A stretch of 64,000 bases of DNA, taken from positions 18,535,648-18,599,647 of the forward strand of contig NC_092673.1 of assembly GCF_964355755.1 (NCBI RefSeq). Reading direction: 5' to 3'. Of this stretch, positions 12,857-25,816 are shown in pieces (the first letter of the stretch is position 1; every line of letters begins with the position of its first letter). The notes under the pieces are model-generated. The model did not search any database and had not been told where the DNA came from. It worked only from the letters and a program-made list of their open reading frames with translations. The position numbers were made by a program, and so were the translations under genes. This stretch comes from Antedon mediterranea. Lineage: Eukaryota > Animalia > Echinodermata.

Positions 12857-13986
12857 GTACTTAAATTAATTTTGTTTAAATATTACTTTATTAAAGAAAT
12901 AATAAATACTAATTTGTAAATATAAAATAACAATAATTGTTAACAAGCATGCCATAAAAGGATTATCTTCTGCTTTGTCATGTTTTGTTTAGTGACTTTT
13001 TACTGAATAAAAAAAAATAAAAATAAAATAATAGATCAAATAACCATTTTTATTTTGTATGGTAGGGATAAAAAGAAAAAGCCTGAAAATTACGAATATG
13101 TCATTGTGATTATGATTTATTGATTAATTATTTACTTAATTCATCATATTTCAAGAGTGTTAGCTGATTATGGGCCATCAACAAGACAAAACGACAAACA
13201 AAAACAAAGAATTATAAAAATTAAAATAAAGATATGAACAAGATGATAATGACAAAGAAGTTTGTGTTAATGAGAATGATATTACTCTAATATTAATAAT
13301 TAGTATCATATTTTAACACAAAGAATATAATGCTGATTATTAAGACAAACATAAAGTGTGTAGTTTTGTTGTAGTTGTTTCTAAATCTGATTATAATATA
13401 GAAAGTTATTATAATGTTTCACAAATCTATCTGAAAACAATGATTTCAACAATAAATATAGCATAGCATAGTTAAATGTAGACAGTGAACAATTTTATTC
13501 CCTGGTAGTAGTGTGTTCTCTGTTTTGGCCCTCCTCAGCACTCCACATTTTGCTGAAACAAATAAAAATATAAATTTACATCATTGTGTGAACAGGTGCC
13601 ATGTTAAAATATATTAAATATAAATTAGACAAATTTCATATATATCTTGTTTTTAAAATAGACTTATATATATATTATATAAAAATCATAGATAAAATCT
13701 CATTGATAAGATGATGAGGGAGGGTACCAATGCCTATTATTGTAGATAAAGGTTATATATAATAATATGATTGTTATCATGATGATGATCAAGATATGAT
13801 AATGACACTCGGGCTATATTCAGACATAGCCTTACCAGCCTTTGTAACCTACACCAGTATAAAAATATAGAAATTATTATTATATGGTAGCATTATGAAC
13901 ATTAACCATTTTTGCCAAGTTGTGTCTTTTAATATTTCTTTTTATGAAAAATATGTGTTAAATATTTTGTATGTTACATTTTTTAG

Positions 13987-14064
13987 ATTTACCAAGTTTT
14001 GTTAGTGAACGGTTTGAGAAACTAATGGTTGAAGAACAGAAAACAAAGCTTAAACCAGTGATTG
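13987..14064 (+). CDS. Gene 1 small linker exon (78 nt, phase 1-1): LPSFVSERFEKLMVEEQKTKLKPVI
   Basis: ttttttag| ... ATTG|gtaagt (consensus donor). Open and frame-preserving. Confidence 0.7.
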
Positions 14065-14188
14065 GTAAGTTTAAGAATAGAAGGAGTTGTATGGTTCAAT
14101 GTAACATATTGTGATTAAAATGGTATTTCAGTAGTGGTCGACTTGTAGTAAGAATTTCATTCATTTAGTTTATCATATATTATATAAT

Positions 14189-14881
14189 TGTAATATAACG
14201 ATATACTGTTATATTTAAGAAATCGACCTCTGTATCGGAATTTAAATAGGTTCACAAACTTGACCCAGAAAGTCCGGAGGAGAGTTTGTCCAGATGTTTT
14301 AATGACCATTTAGTTTATAATAGAATCCCTAAAGAAAACACTTAGCTTAACTTTGCGACCGTTCCCATCATAAAACAATTAGATACTGACAGTTTTAAGC
14401 AGAGATTCGACAGGGCCAATTCATCATTGTAACCTCCCCAGATAAGATCAATCATTCCCACTTAAACACCCCTGGATCAACTTAGGACCAATCGTTACCC
14501 TCACAGATGACGTAATGACATTATGCAAATGAACTGAGCCAATATACTCCCAAGTTTCAGAAGGGCCCAGACACACCTTACAGCCACCTCACGGAGCACA
14601 CACCTTACAGCCACCTCACGGAGCACACACCTTACAGCCACCTCACGGAGCACACACCTTACAGCCACCTCACGGAGCACACACCTCACAGCCACTTCTT
14701 CAGAAGCAGACCTACACACTTCACACCTCACTGACAGCATCATTGAACGTCCGTTCCTTATCTATACTTATAGTTGTATATTGTACTGAAGTATTATACT
14801 GAATAAATAATATATGTGTTACGACAGTCAAGCGAGTTAGAGTCTTTCATTAGTACCTCAACAACCCAACATTATATTACA
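14189..14881 (+). repeat. Gypsy 5' LTR (693 bp), including a 27-bp minisatellite CACACCTTACAGCCACCTCACGGAGCA (about 4.5 copies)
   Basis: Direct repeat of 23330-24024. Confidence 0.95.
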
Positions 14882-15614
14882 TGGTGGAAGACCCAAATTT
14901 CATAAGGAACGGAGTGAGAAAACAAGAAATAAACACAAGACACGAAGACGAAGACGAAGACAAAAATAACCATATTTGTTTGAAAGGAGAAAACCAGAAA
15001 TTTACTTTGACTCAAAAGACAAGCTGAAATTATATTTGAATGAGATCGAGACAAGCAGAAATTTGATCAAATTATTACCATTGGATGAAGACAAAGAAGA
15101 TAATCGAGGAAGACACAAAAGACAAGCTGAAATTATATTTGAATGAGATCGAGACAAGCAGAAATTTTATCAAATTATAACCATTGGATAAAGACAAAGA
15201 AGATAATCTAGGAAGACCCAAGCAGAATCAAAACAGAAGCAAGCGGACAAGAACTATTTCGTTTGAACACTTTCAACTTCACGCCGTTTTTTTTCGATCG
15301 TTTTTTTTAACATTTATTTTTTTTGACCATTTTGAACATTGATGAACACCTTTCGCATTTTTTTTTAATTCGTTGTTTGAAAGTTGAACATTGATGAGCA
15401 CTTTAACATTTCTTTAATTCGTTGTTTGAACATTTAAACATTTTTGAACACTTTTTGCATTCCTTTAATTCATTTTTAATTGGATCCGAAGCATTTGGGG
15501 TAAGTCAAAACCATTTTGATTTTGATTTGTAACCTTGATTGAAAAGTGAGAGTTTACATATATATATACACTAAATTGTTTTTAATATTTGATTAATAAT
15601 TAATATTATAAAGT

Positions 15615-16580
15615 ATGGTCGACGTTGTTGATAACGAAGTAATTTTAAATGAGCCCGTCAATCCTCATCCCGTGCCCCACCTAAGACAAACCGATTTCCT
15701 TCCCAAAAGATATGACGGTTCCATAACCGATCACGACCAATGTAGTGCACACTACTTATCGTTTACCGACTACCTTGAGGCCCACACTTTAGAAAACCCT
15801 GTAAACAATGCCCAATTAATTAATGTAATAAGTATTTTCAAACGTAGCCTTCAGGGCCAAGCTAGACTCTGGATTGAGGGAAAGCAGTTCGATTCACTAG
15901 AATCCTTAAAAACCCAATTCATCAACAGGTTTAGTAAAAACAAATCAATCTATGCGCACATAAGAGAATACGATTCAATTACATACACCACTGGCGACAA
16001 CGCCGAAAAGCACTTAACCAAAATCAAACAAGCAGCAGACAGAATTGGATACGCTGACCAGCAGATAAAGAATAAATTTATTTCGACCCTTCCACCAAAA
16101 TGTAGAGCAGCTGTAGCCATGTCCACCCCAATCGATGCCACTATTGAAAATATCGTAAATAGCACACAAAATTACCTTGACCTTTCCGTAGATGATGCCA
16201 CACGGGAGGTTTCATTCAACATCAATAAGGAAACAGATAGGCCTAATAGTCTCGAATCGCTCCAACATGAGATAAATTCTCTCAAGTTAGACATGGCCAC
16301 AACAAAACGATCCCTTAATGATGATACTCGACGCTCACGTTCCCCCACCCGAAATTATATCCCAAGACGAAACCGAAGCCCAAGCCCATACAAACCCCGA
16401 TTCCAGACCCCACCGACCCCAAGATATAGACAACCTCCCCCAACCTGTTATTACTGCGGGAAACCAGGCCACATAGCAAGGCACTGCCGACAACAAAACC
16501 GTTCTTACGGAAACTATCCCCCGCCATACCCATACCAACAGTCAAACAATTACTACCCTAGCCACCAGCAGGATTTTTAA
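15615..16580 (+). CDS. gag: Gypsy Gag
   Basis: 321-aa ORF with CCHC zinc knuckle CYYCGKPGHIARHC. Confidence 0.9.
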   Translation: MVDVVDNEVILNEPVNPHPVPHLRQTDFLPKRYDGSITDHDQCSAHYLSFTDYLEAHTLENPVNNAQLINVISIFKRSLQGQARLWIEGKQFDSLESLKTQFINRFSKNKSIYAHIREYDSITYTTGDNAEKHLTKIKQAADRIGYADQQIKNKFISTLPPKCRAAVAMSTPIDATIENIVNSTQNYLDLSVDDATREVSFNINKETDRPNSLESLQHEINSLKLDMATTKRSLNDDTRRSRSPTRNYIPRRNRSPSPYKPRFQTPPTPRYRQPPPTCYYCGKPGHIARHCRQQNRSYGNYPPPYPYQQSNNYYPSHQQDF

Positions 16581-19500
16581 AAAGGGGACTAGATGCCGCC
16601 TATAATCTGGCCCCCCATACTAAATACGACAATTTTAAGGCAAAATACTTAGGGAATTCAGATAATATTGATTTGTTACTTAACGACAGAAATTACGTTA
16701 AAGGAAATTTACCAGATGGTAGAAATGTTTTAACTTTATTTGACAGTGGTTCAACTAGAACTATAATCTCACAATCGTACGTTAATTCCTCACTTTATTT
16801 ATCGCGTTTAAAGCCAGTTAAAGTGAACACAACTAAATTTCGATTAGGTAACGGTGACTTCTTATATGCCAACCACTTAGTGCAATTCGAATTATTTATC
16901 CAAGGACACAAATTTAAAATGTCAGCATTAATCGTTAAAAATTTGACAGGTATTGACCTGATACTTGGAACCGAAACATTGTCTGAACTCGACGGTACTT
17001 TAAATTTTAAGGAAAACACATTTCGCATTAGACCAAAGATTTTTAGCTTTCGTCCTGTACACAAGCTTTTTCTTAAACCCGGTGATACTAAAACAGTTAA
17101 ATTAAAAGGAAGGGTTCCCGCCTTTGTACGCAATTCTGATGTTGTTCTACATGCAACCACCCATATTTCAAAACTTTGTCCATCAGATATGTTAGTAAAA
17201 TTACATAGAGGAGAAACCAACATTGATATCACTAACAACACAAACAGAAACGTATCTCTAAATACACATCAACCTATCGCGAGCCTTCACTTAACCAACC
17301 TTGTAACAGTTACTAACGACCTACCAATTGATAGAATAAAGTTGACCAATGACAACGCAAACAAGTACCCACATTTAGAACGTACAGACCCATTGCTAAC
17401 TTTAACCGAGGAAGAAATAATTAGAAAACAAGTTGATTTAACAGACAGCGTTTTAACACATAGAGAAAAAGAAGATTTGTATAAAACCTTACAACAAAAC
17501 AGAAACGCATTTTCACTTTATGGTGAACTATCTAGCTGCCCAAACTTCAAAGCTGACATACACCTCTCTAACGATGAACCATTTTTTATTCGACCATACT
17601 TCGCGACAGACAAAGACAAAAATGTTATTGAGGCCGAATTGAACAAATTAGTCAAACTAGGAATCTTAGCAGTAGGACACCAATCGTATACTTCCCCTGT
17701 CCTTCTTGTTTCAAAGAAAAATTCAAAAGATAAAAGAGTTGTCACAGACTTTCGCTATCTCAATTCCAGGATAAAACGTATTAATCACCCATTCCCATTA
17801 TTGGCCGAAACTTTGAAAACAATAGGTAACGCTAATGCACAGATTCTTAGCGTAATTGATTTGAAATCAGCGTTCCACTGTGTACCATTAGCCGAACATG
17901 CCCAACAATACACAGGTATAGCTTCATATCATGGTGGAAAGCATTATTATTATAAGAGATTAGCACAAGGATTAAACGTTTCGCCAGGTATATTTCAAGC
18001 AAAGATTGACGAAATTTTAAATGAAATCCCAAATTCTAGAGAATTCTGTATCGCCCATCACGATGATATTATCTTATTTAGCCAAGACAAATTTGCTCAT
18101 AAGCAGCACCTTGTTTCCGTTTTACAAGCCCTACAATTAAATGGTTTTAGAATTTGTCCAAAGAAATGTAAGTTATTCAAGAATAAAGTGCAATATATGG
18201 GACACACCATCCTGATTAATTCTTCAGGACACGCATGTATCACACCATTAGGCGACAGGTGTGCAGCTATCCGAAATTTGCCAGTCCCACGAACCCATAA
18301 AGAAACTAAACGATTTATTGGTGCAGTAAATTATGTATCCCATTTTTTCCCTCAAATACAATCAATTTTACGTCCGTTACATACACTCGCGAGTAAACGC
18401 CGAAAATTTGTTTGGTCTACTGACCACCAGAAAGCATTTGACGAAATTAAACAATTAATGGTTAAACCACCAACTCTTCAAATGCCTAGAAAATAAGGTA
18501 GATTTACGCTATATAGCGACACTTCAAGAACCGCAACAGGTTCATATTTAACACAAACAGTAAACGGTAAAGAACACATAATAGGTTATTATTCCAAAAT
18601 CTTACCACAAGCCTGTCAACGATATAGCGTCACAGAATTAGAGTTATTTGGACTTTACATTAACGTTTCAGCATTTCGACATTTACTAAAGGGTTGCGAA
18701 TTTGATGCATTCGTAGACCACTCAGCAATTGTACAAATTTGGAATTCAAAAGATCAGCCATGTACACCCCGTTTACAGAAACTAATATTACGATTGTCCG
18801 GATACATTTTCCAAATTGGTTATAAGAAAGGAACTGAATTAGTTTTAGCAGATTTTCTCTCCCGAGCCCCTCGTGACGACGATTCCGAAATTGATCAAGT
18901 TGTACCCATTGCATTTAATATTACAGAGACTGAATCTCTTAACCCGATTACAAACACATCGACTTGCAGACCAGTAACAAGGTCATACGCCAAGCAAATG
19001 GGAATAAATATACCTGACCTACATAAACCCAAACCAGTACAAACGCCTGTCATTATTCAAAACCCAGTGACAACAAACACGCGACCTACACCTCAACCTA
19101 CCGCTACACCGCAAATAATCACGAGACAACAAACAAACGCACATCGATCACCGCCCATCACAACGCCACCCATCGTAACACCACCCCCAATACGTAATGT
19201 AAACATTCGACAACCTCCAGAGGAACGACTAGTAGACAAAAATAAACAAAGCAAAGACACTACACATCAAAATGTACCAGTTGAATTGTATACATCGCCC
19301 AAACCACTAGTACCCAACATAACCGAATTTAAGTCAGCACACATCCCAAAACAACAAGACTTAGATAGATTAATGGATGTTATTCAAAGAAAGATAATTA
19401 GAGATTATAACCTCCCAGTAGATGTTAAACAATTACGTGTTGAACAAGAAACTTCACCATTTTTTAAGCCAGTTTACGATTATTTAGTTCATGATATCCT

Positions 19501-22424
19501 TCCAGCTGATAAGAAAGCAGCTCGTGCAGTTCAGAATAAGTCAGAGCAGTACATATTGTGCAACGGTTTACTATTCCGTTTATTTTTCCAAGATAAAGGT
19601 GGAGAATTTGTATTGCAATTAGCTGTTCCTGAAAACTTAGCAGAGACCGTTATTTCTCAGTATCACGACAATTTGTTAAGTAGCCACCAAGGTACGATGC
19701 GTACTTACCTTACTATTAGGAAATTATTTTACATGCCCCTTATGTTCGAGAAAGTCAACAATTATACCCAAGCGTGTCTTAGATGTCAACAATTTCGTCC
19801 CAAAACCGATAAATTACGTCCTTTACACGATCGAGTACCAGCAACTTACCGTCCCTTTCATACACTCAGTCTAGATTTTAAGAGTATGCCAACATCACCT
19901 TCAGGTTTTAAACATATTATGGTAGTATGTGATGAGATAACTAGATTTTTGATTTGTGTACCTTTGAAATCCATTGATGCCGAAACAATTTGTGAAGCAC
20001 TAATTCAAAAGGTCATCAGTATTTTTGGACCCCCATCTCGTCTTATTTCAGATGCAGCAACCTCCCTTACAGGAAAATTATTAACACTATTATGTAACAC
20101 CCTTAATATTGATAGGAAAATCATCAGCGTCCACAATCACGGTAGTTTACAAGTTGAACGTCATATCCGCACCGTATCGGACCTGTTAAAGGTCAACCTT
20201 AACCAATTCGGAACAGATTGGGTTAGATTTGTATCAACAACATGTTATGCTTATAACTTGTTTTCATCCCCACATCTAGGAAACCACTCCCCTTACGAAT
20301 TAGTTTTTGGCCGCCAACCTCCAAGTTTGACCTCATTAGCATTTAACCCTATTTCAGGATTGTCTCATTCCTATGAAGAATACTTTGAACACCTCAAGAA
20401 GAAATTTCAAAACATTTCACAGACAATGCTACAATTACAGCGAACACAACAAAACGTCCAAAACTCAAAGATTTCCCAACGCTTAGAAAAAAGTCCAATT
20501 TACTCAGTAGGACAACTCGTATATTTATACAAGCCAACATCATCATCACTAACGGCAAATTCAAAGAAAATCGCCGCAGAATGGGTCGGACCTTTAGTAA
20601 TTCATGAAGTACTAGACAGAACACATTACATCCTAGCGACGATTAAAGGAGAAATACTTCGCGACGTATTCAATTATAACAGACTGAAACCCTGTTTTAT
20701 GAGAACACCCAAAGAACGCAACAATTTTACACATCTCCAAAAACTGAAACAATTGTTGAATGAACCCACCGATGATAATAACGATAAAATCCAAAACACC
20801 ATTAATGTAGTAAATGACGAAACCAATGTTGAATTTGTAGACGAACATGATAAGACACCCAACCAATTGCAATCAGATACCCTTACACATCCAACTAAGA
20901 TAGAACCCCTTAACTTGCAACCTTACATTGACTGTGTAGAGAATAACATGGGATTAGCATCCCCATTCCAAATGAAAGAAGAACAAATTAAAATGGACCT
21001 GAAATGGAATTTCGATTTTCAAGAAATTCACACATGTTATTTAAATGTATCAAATTAACACAAACCCACACAAATAAAAACAAAATGTATAGTATTTTGA
21101 GTAAAAACGAAATTTTAAGATACCATGGTAAATTAGCGAAAATTACTCACGCCATTGCAATATTCTATTTCAACGGCCGTCGGAAGCCTCTATATTCACG
21201 ACGTCACATATACATACGATGATATCGAGAGCGTGTATGCCGCCCGATAGTCAGTGTGAATGATCGACGGCCTGGAAAGATACGCGAAGCGTTGACACTA
21301 ATACTAATTTATTCAATATCTAATGTTGTTGAAATATAGGTCCCTAAAATGTACTTCGTTTGTTCTAAAACCCGAATTTAGAAGGCCTACCTCCCAAACC
21401 TTTACTAGGCCTCTATGCCCCCAATCCAGAGCGCGGAGTCGATCCACCACCCACATCATGCGGCGAGGCTCCGTTTCATGTGTATCCAAGGACCAAAGCG
21501 ATATCAACAACTTGCTGCGCTCATTGTCAAGCCAAAGTAAAATATGAATAAAATTCGTTTTCGAACTGCCTGATTCGTGACAAATAAATTATCATCTCAT
21601 ATTACTAATTTAATTCTGCTAAACTAAAAACTAAAGAAACTAACAAATTTTAGCAGTATAAATTACGAACGATATACAAAATACACGAACGGAAAATATG
21701 GATACGCATCATTGCGCACGGAGCTGTATCCCGGACAACGTTGCCAGGCCAACTTCGGTATTGCCAGAAAAAAACCGTTGATTTTAAGATTTTAAATCGT
21801 CATTTACTCGATGAATAACCGTTTATACGGTAATAATTTTATCTAAAAAAATTCTAAATACGTTTCTGCAAATGCACAAGCATTTTTTAGAAAATACTCC
21901 ATAGATTTCAAGAGTTATAGCCAAAAAACTGCAAATTTTCCATTGGAGGGATAGGAATATATTCGCAAAGTGACGTCACCCGCGAATTTTTTTGATTTTC
22001 AAATGGGGCTTTCCCCAAAAGGGCCAATTTATATTTTGTAACAATATACATTCTAGCAACACCTAATAGCCCCCAAAACATCATTCTAAAATGAAAAAAA
22101 ATCGAAAATCCATTTCAGGTCCATTTTAAGGAACAAACTAATTTAATTATGACGGCACCTAATGATTCATATATGACATTAAACCGAGGTAGATTTAAAG
22201 CAGGACATTTCCAAGTTTTAGTTTCATACTCTAAACCGACTTCAGCCAAACGCAACACTGATAAAACAAAACAAGAATCTAATGATCGCAAATTTTGGTG
22301 GAATATTGACAGATATAACGATACAGATAAATTGATTAAAGAGATCATTAATGATAAACAGATACCGATAAGTGGATCGCCAAAACGATTCATAAAACGT
22401 TTGTATAATGCAACGAATTACTGA
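16574..22424 (+). pseudogene. pol: Gypsy Pol (protease, RT, RNase H, integrase, C-terminal extension), interrupted by one stop and one insertion
   Basis: Lies in the -1 frame relative to gag. Motifs LFDSGST (PR), IDLKSAF...HHDD (RT), SDTS...TELEL...VDHSA (RH), HHCC and DDE (IN). ORFs 16673 and 18794 share a frame separated only by TAA at 18494-18496. Removing 20992-22125 and one TTAA joins it to ORF 22149-22424. Confidence 0.9.
20992..22125. mobile_element. Non-autonomous TIR DNA transposon with TTAA TSD (Kolobok-like), nested in Gypsy pol
   Basis: TTAA|AATGGACCTGAAATGGAATTTCGATTTT ... AAAATCGAAAATCCATTTCAGGTCCATT|TTAA. Purine-purine 5' termini with a TTAA TSD fit Kolobok better than piggyBac (CC termini). 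Confidence 0.85.
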
Positions 22425-23329
22425 TTTAATTTTTTTTGCAAGATTATTTTTAAATTACGACATTTGCTAAATTATTGATAGCATAGTCTACGTATTTGAT
22501 GAGATTTGTTTAGTAATGATGTGATTTCAGTTAAAAGAGAATTGAATTTATGTGTAAGTATTGATTTTGTAACGAGTTTGATAATGATTAATTTTGAATT
22601 TTGAATGATCGATATATTGAGATATTAAAAAGAACGACAATCATTTTGTAACAAATATTTTGTTTAACCTTTGAGTCGTTAATCTCAAGCATTAATTAAT
22701 TGATATACAATAACAGGAGATTTTCTTAGTACTTTTAATTGTAATTTTTTTTGACATTGAGTACAAAAGTCGAATTTGTCGATTGATTGAAATCGTAATT
22801 ACCTGTGAATATAAATGCTTAAATCGATAAAGTTGTGACGATAATGATATATTGTGGATAAGTTTGTGTCAACGGGACACACACATTTGTTTCTTTAAAG
22901 TTTTAAGTGATTGAGTTTGATATTTTGATTTTAGGCTAATCAGCCACAGTTTTCTTGAGTTTTATGTTTTAATTTGATGATTTATGTTTGAAGGCCATTA
23001 GAACGCGATGAGTTGTCGCACAATTTGACGTATGTTCAATGTAACATACTATTTTTTTAAGTTTTGTATTTTTATTTTTAACTGATTTATGTTTGATTTA
23101 CGCGAATTTTATACCAAATTCATTTTTGATTTTAATTTTTTAAAGAGAGAGAAGAGAGAGAGTGAAAGTGATAAGGTTACACTTCAGAGTCAATGGTTTT
23201 GGCTAACTCAATTTTTGCTTATATGTATAATAATGTTTTTTTCTTTTATATAACTTTAATTTTGCATGCCACTATTATAACCATTTTTATATTTTAAATA
23301 GATTAAAAAAAAAAAGGGAAACAGAGGGA

Positions 23330-24024
23330 TGTAATATAACGATATACTGTTATATTTAAGAAATCGACCTCTGTATCGGAATTTAAATAGGTTCACAAAC
23401 TTGACCCAGAAAGTCCGGAGGAGAGTTTGTCCAGATGTTTTAATGACCATTTAGTTTATAATAGAATCCCTAAAGAAAACACTTAGCTTAACTTTGCGAC
23501 CGTTCCCATCGTAAAACAATGAGATACTGACAGTTTTAAGCAGAGATTCGACAGGGCCAATTCATCATTGTAACCTCCCCAGATAAGATCAATCATTCCC
23601 ACTTAAACACCCCTGGATCAACTTAGGACCAATCGTTACCCTCACAGATGACGTAATGACATTATGCAAATGAACTGAGCCAATATACTCCCAAGTTTCA
23701 GAAGGGCCCAGACACACCTTGCAGCCACCTCACGGAGCACACACCTTACAGCCACCTCACGGAGCACACACCTTACAGCCACCTCACGGAGCACACACAC
23801 CTTACAGCCACCTCACGGAGCACACACCTCACAGCCACTTCTTCAGAAGCAGACCTACACACTTCACACCTCACTGACAGCATCATTGAACGTCCGTTCC
23901 TTATCTATACTTATAGTTGTATATTGTACTGAAGTATTATACTGAATAAATAATATATGTGTTACGACAGTCAAGCGAGTTAGAGTCTTTCATTAGTACC
24001 TCAACAACCCAACATTATATTACA
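23330..24024 (+). repeat. Gypsy 3' LTR (695 bp)
   Basis: Direct repeat of 14189-14881, with only a few substitutions and a 2-nt indel seen by eye. Confidence 0.95.
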
Positions 24025-24263
24025 TAATATACAAATTCTTATAATTGCGTGCAACTTCAATAGCTTAAATTGTCCTTGGCTGTACTGCTATGATTATTAG
24101 TTTCTCACTCATGGTTCAAAATTTGGCACAAAACATTTTCAATGAGTTGAAAGATTAAGAGAATTATTTAATTGGTCAGATGTTTTGTCTTATTCTGACG
24201 TAATTGCACTTTATACTCAGTTCAATGAGAACACTTTGCGAACAAATTTAAAAGTATTTCACA

Positions 24264-24330
24264 GATTGGACTCAAACCCATGACCTCCAGATTACTAGCA
24301 TTGCGTATATACCTCCAGACCACCGAGCTC
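24264..24330 (-). mobile_element. Degenerate tRNA-derived sequence (SINE head or tRNA pseudogene)
   Basis: Reverse complement AGCTCGGTGGTCTGGAGG...GGTCATGGGTTTGAGTCC has A-box and B-box-like motifs; the stems are poor. Confidence 0.4.
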
Positions 24331-24832
24331 AGTAGTATAGAGAGGTTTGAGTCCCATCCACACACTCATTATAGTGTAAATATTTTTTTTAAATGGTTAC
24401 ACATTATTTTAGTTACTGTTCATGTATTTATTACAACAGATGGCATGGTAATGATACCACAACCAAAGTTGGCTGCAATAATATTAAAAACATGAAAAAC
24501 TATTTTTGTTATAAAATTAAATAGAACTAACACTGTGCAAGTAAAGTTGAAATAAATGAATTGAGGAAAATAGACAATCTTACATTGCTGTATATAAATT
24601 GTTCTGCTAGTTAACTTAATGACATGTTCAAATATAAGCTGTATTATCTAGTACTGTACAGTGTTAATATAATCTTGACAATAAAGATGATTTGGTACTA
24701 TTGTTGTTAAGAAGTTATACTCTAAAGAGAGCTAACATTGTAAGTTTGTGATGGAAGAAAGTATAATTGTATTATGAAGGAGATTGTAACTACTATATAA
24801 CAAACACTATTAAAATAATATTTATTCTGCAG

Positions 24833-25359
24833 ATCGAATGGAGTTAATTGTGGGATCCACAGGTGGAACTCTTCACCTTAAGGATGAAGACATCAAGTTG
24901 GACATACCACCTGGAGCAATAGAAGAAGGAAAAACAGTTAAAATATCACTAGAAAATATTTTGGAGGAAACAGACATGCCTGTATCTCATCCACTTGAAT
25001 CAATAATATCACCTATTGTTAAATGTGGACCAGAAGGCACCATCTTCCACAAGCCCTGTTTACTGTCATTTCCACACGATGCTGTAAATGAAGAGTTTTG
25101 GGAATTCTCTTTACTTTTTAAAGAGTGCTTTCAAGATGAATGGAAAGAAAAACCAGAAATTGATGAGAAGGACATACGTTTTACTTTAAAAGATGGTCAA
25201 TTGTGTATATATTTAAATCATTTCTGTTGTCATGGATTCATGGGTCGAATTAGAAATGTTTTTCATGCAAAAAAAAGTATAAAGTTGGGAGTTTTTGGAA
25301 AGATGCTTGTAAATGAATATAAAATTCGAGTAAAATTCTGGAAATCAGGAAAATACAGG
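24833..25359 (+). CDS. Gene 1 exon: ZU5 domain and start of UPA
   Basis: tttattctgcag| ... AGG|gtaatt. VGSTGGTLHL...IKLDIPPGAIEEG...ISPIVKCGPEGTIFHKPCLLSFPH...W...LNHFC is the UNC5/PIDD/ankyrin ZU5 signature. Confidence 0.9.
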
Positions 25360-25678
25360 GTAATTTTTTATTTATCAAAATATGTTTAAAAAATTATAAA
25401 TTGAAAAAGAATTTGTTAAAATTGGAAACAGAGAAAATATGGTAAACATTACAATTTGAGAAAATCAGAGAAAGTGATCAATCACACCGCCATTAAAATG
25501 TTTTTGGTTATTATTTTTCCAGTTATAGTTGTTTTTAAACATTTTTTTATTTGATTAGATTGATTCCTGATATAACAAAAAATCAGAGTTAGAAAGATTT
25601 GTACTTTATTAAACAGTCTAGTGTTTTAAACAGTTTTTACATCTTTGAATATTTTTATGTATTCTGTATGCACTTCAG

Positions 25679-25816
25679 AAAGTTGAAGAAGAAACATCAA
25701 ACCAGGGTGAGAACCTATTAGAATCAGTTACAGTTATACATTCTTTGTATAAAAACATGGAAATTAGTGTTGAAATACCAAACCAGGAATGGCAAGTAGA
25801 CGGTGAAAATATAAAA
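25679..25816 (+). CDS. Gene 1 exon: UPA-like domain, middle part (138 nt, phase 0-0)
   Basis: cacttcag| KVEEETSNQGENLLESVTVIHSLYKNMEISVEIPNQEWQVDGENIK |gtaaga. Confidence 0.75.

Larger units (their letters stand above)
14189..24024 (+). mobile_element. Full-length Ty3/Gypsy LTR retrotransposon inserted in an intron of gene 1
   Basis: Near-identical TG...CA LTRs at 14189-14881 and 23330-24024, 4-bp TSD TAAT, TGG-starting PBS-like sequence at 14882, purine tract before the 3' LTR, domain order PR-RT-RH-IN. Confidence 0.95.

Noticed and set aside
14501-14743. ORF with repeated EVAVRCVLR
   Set aside because: Antisense translation of the 27-bp LTR minisatellite.
18494-18496. In-frame TAA in pol as programmed readthrough
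   Set aside because: It falls between RT and RNase H, not at a gag-pol boundary; a simple nonsense mutation is more likely.
21004-23329. Possible env-like third ORF in the Gypsy element
   Set aside because: The space is explained by the TTAA insertion, the displaced pol C-terminus and an AT-rich UTR; no signal peptide or transmembrane ORF.
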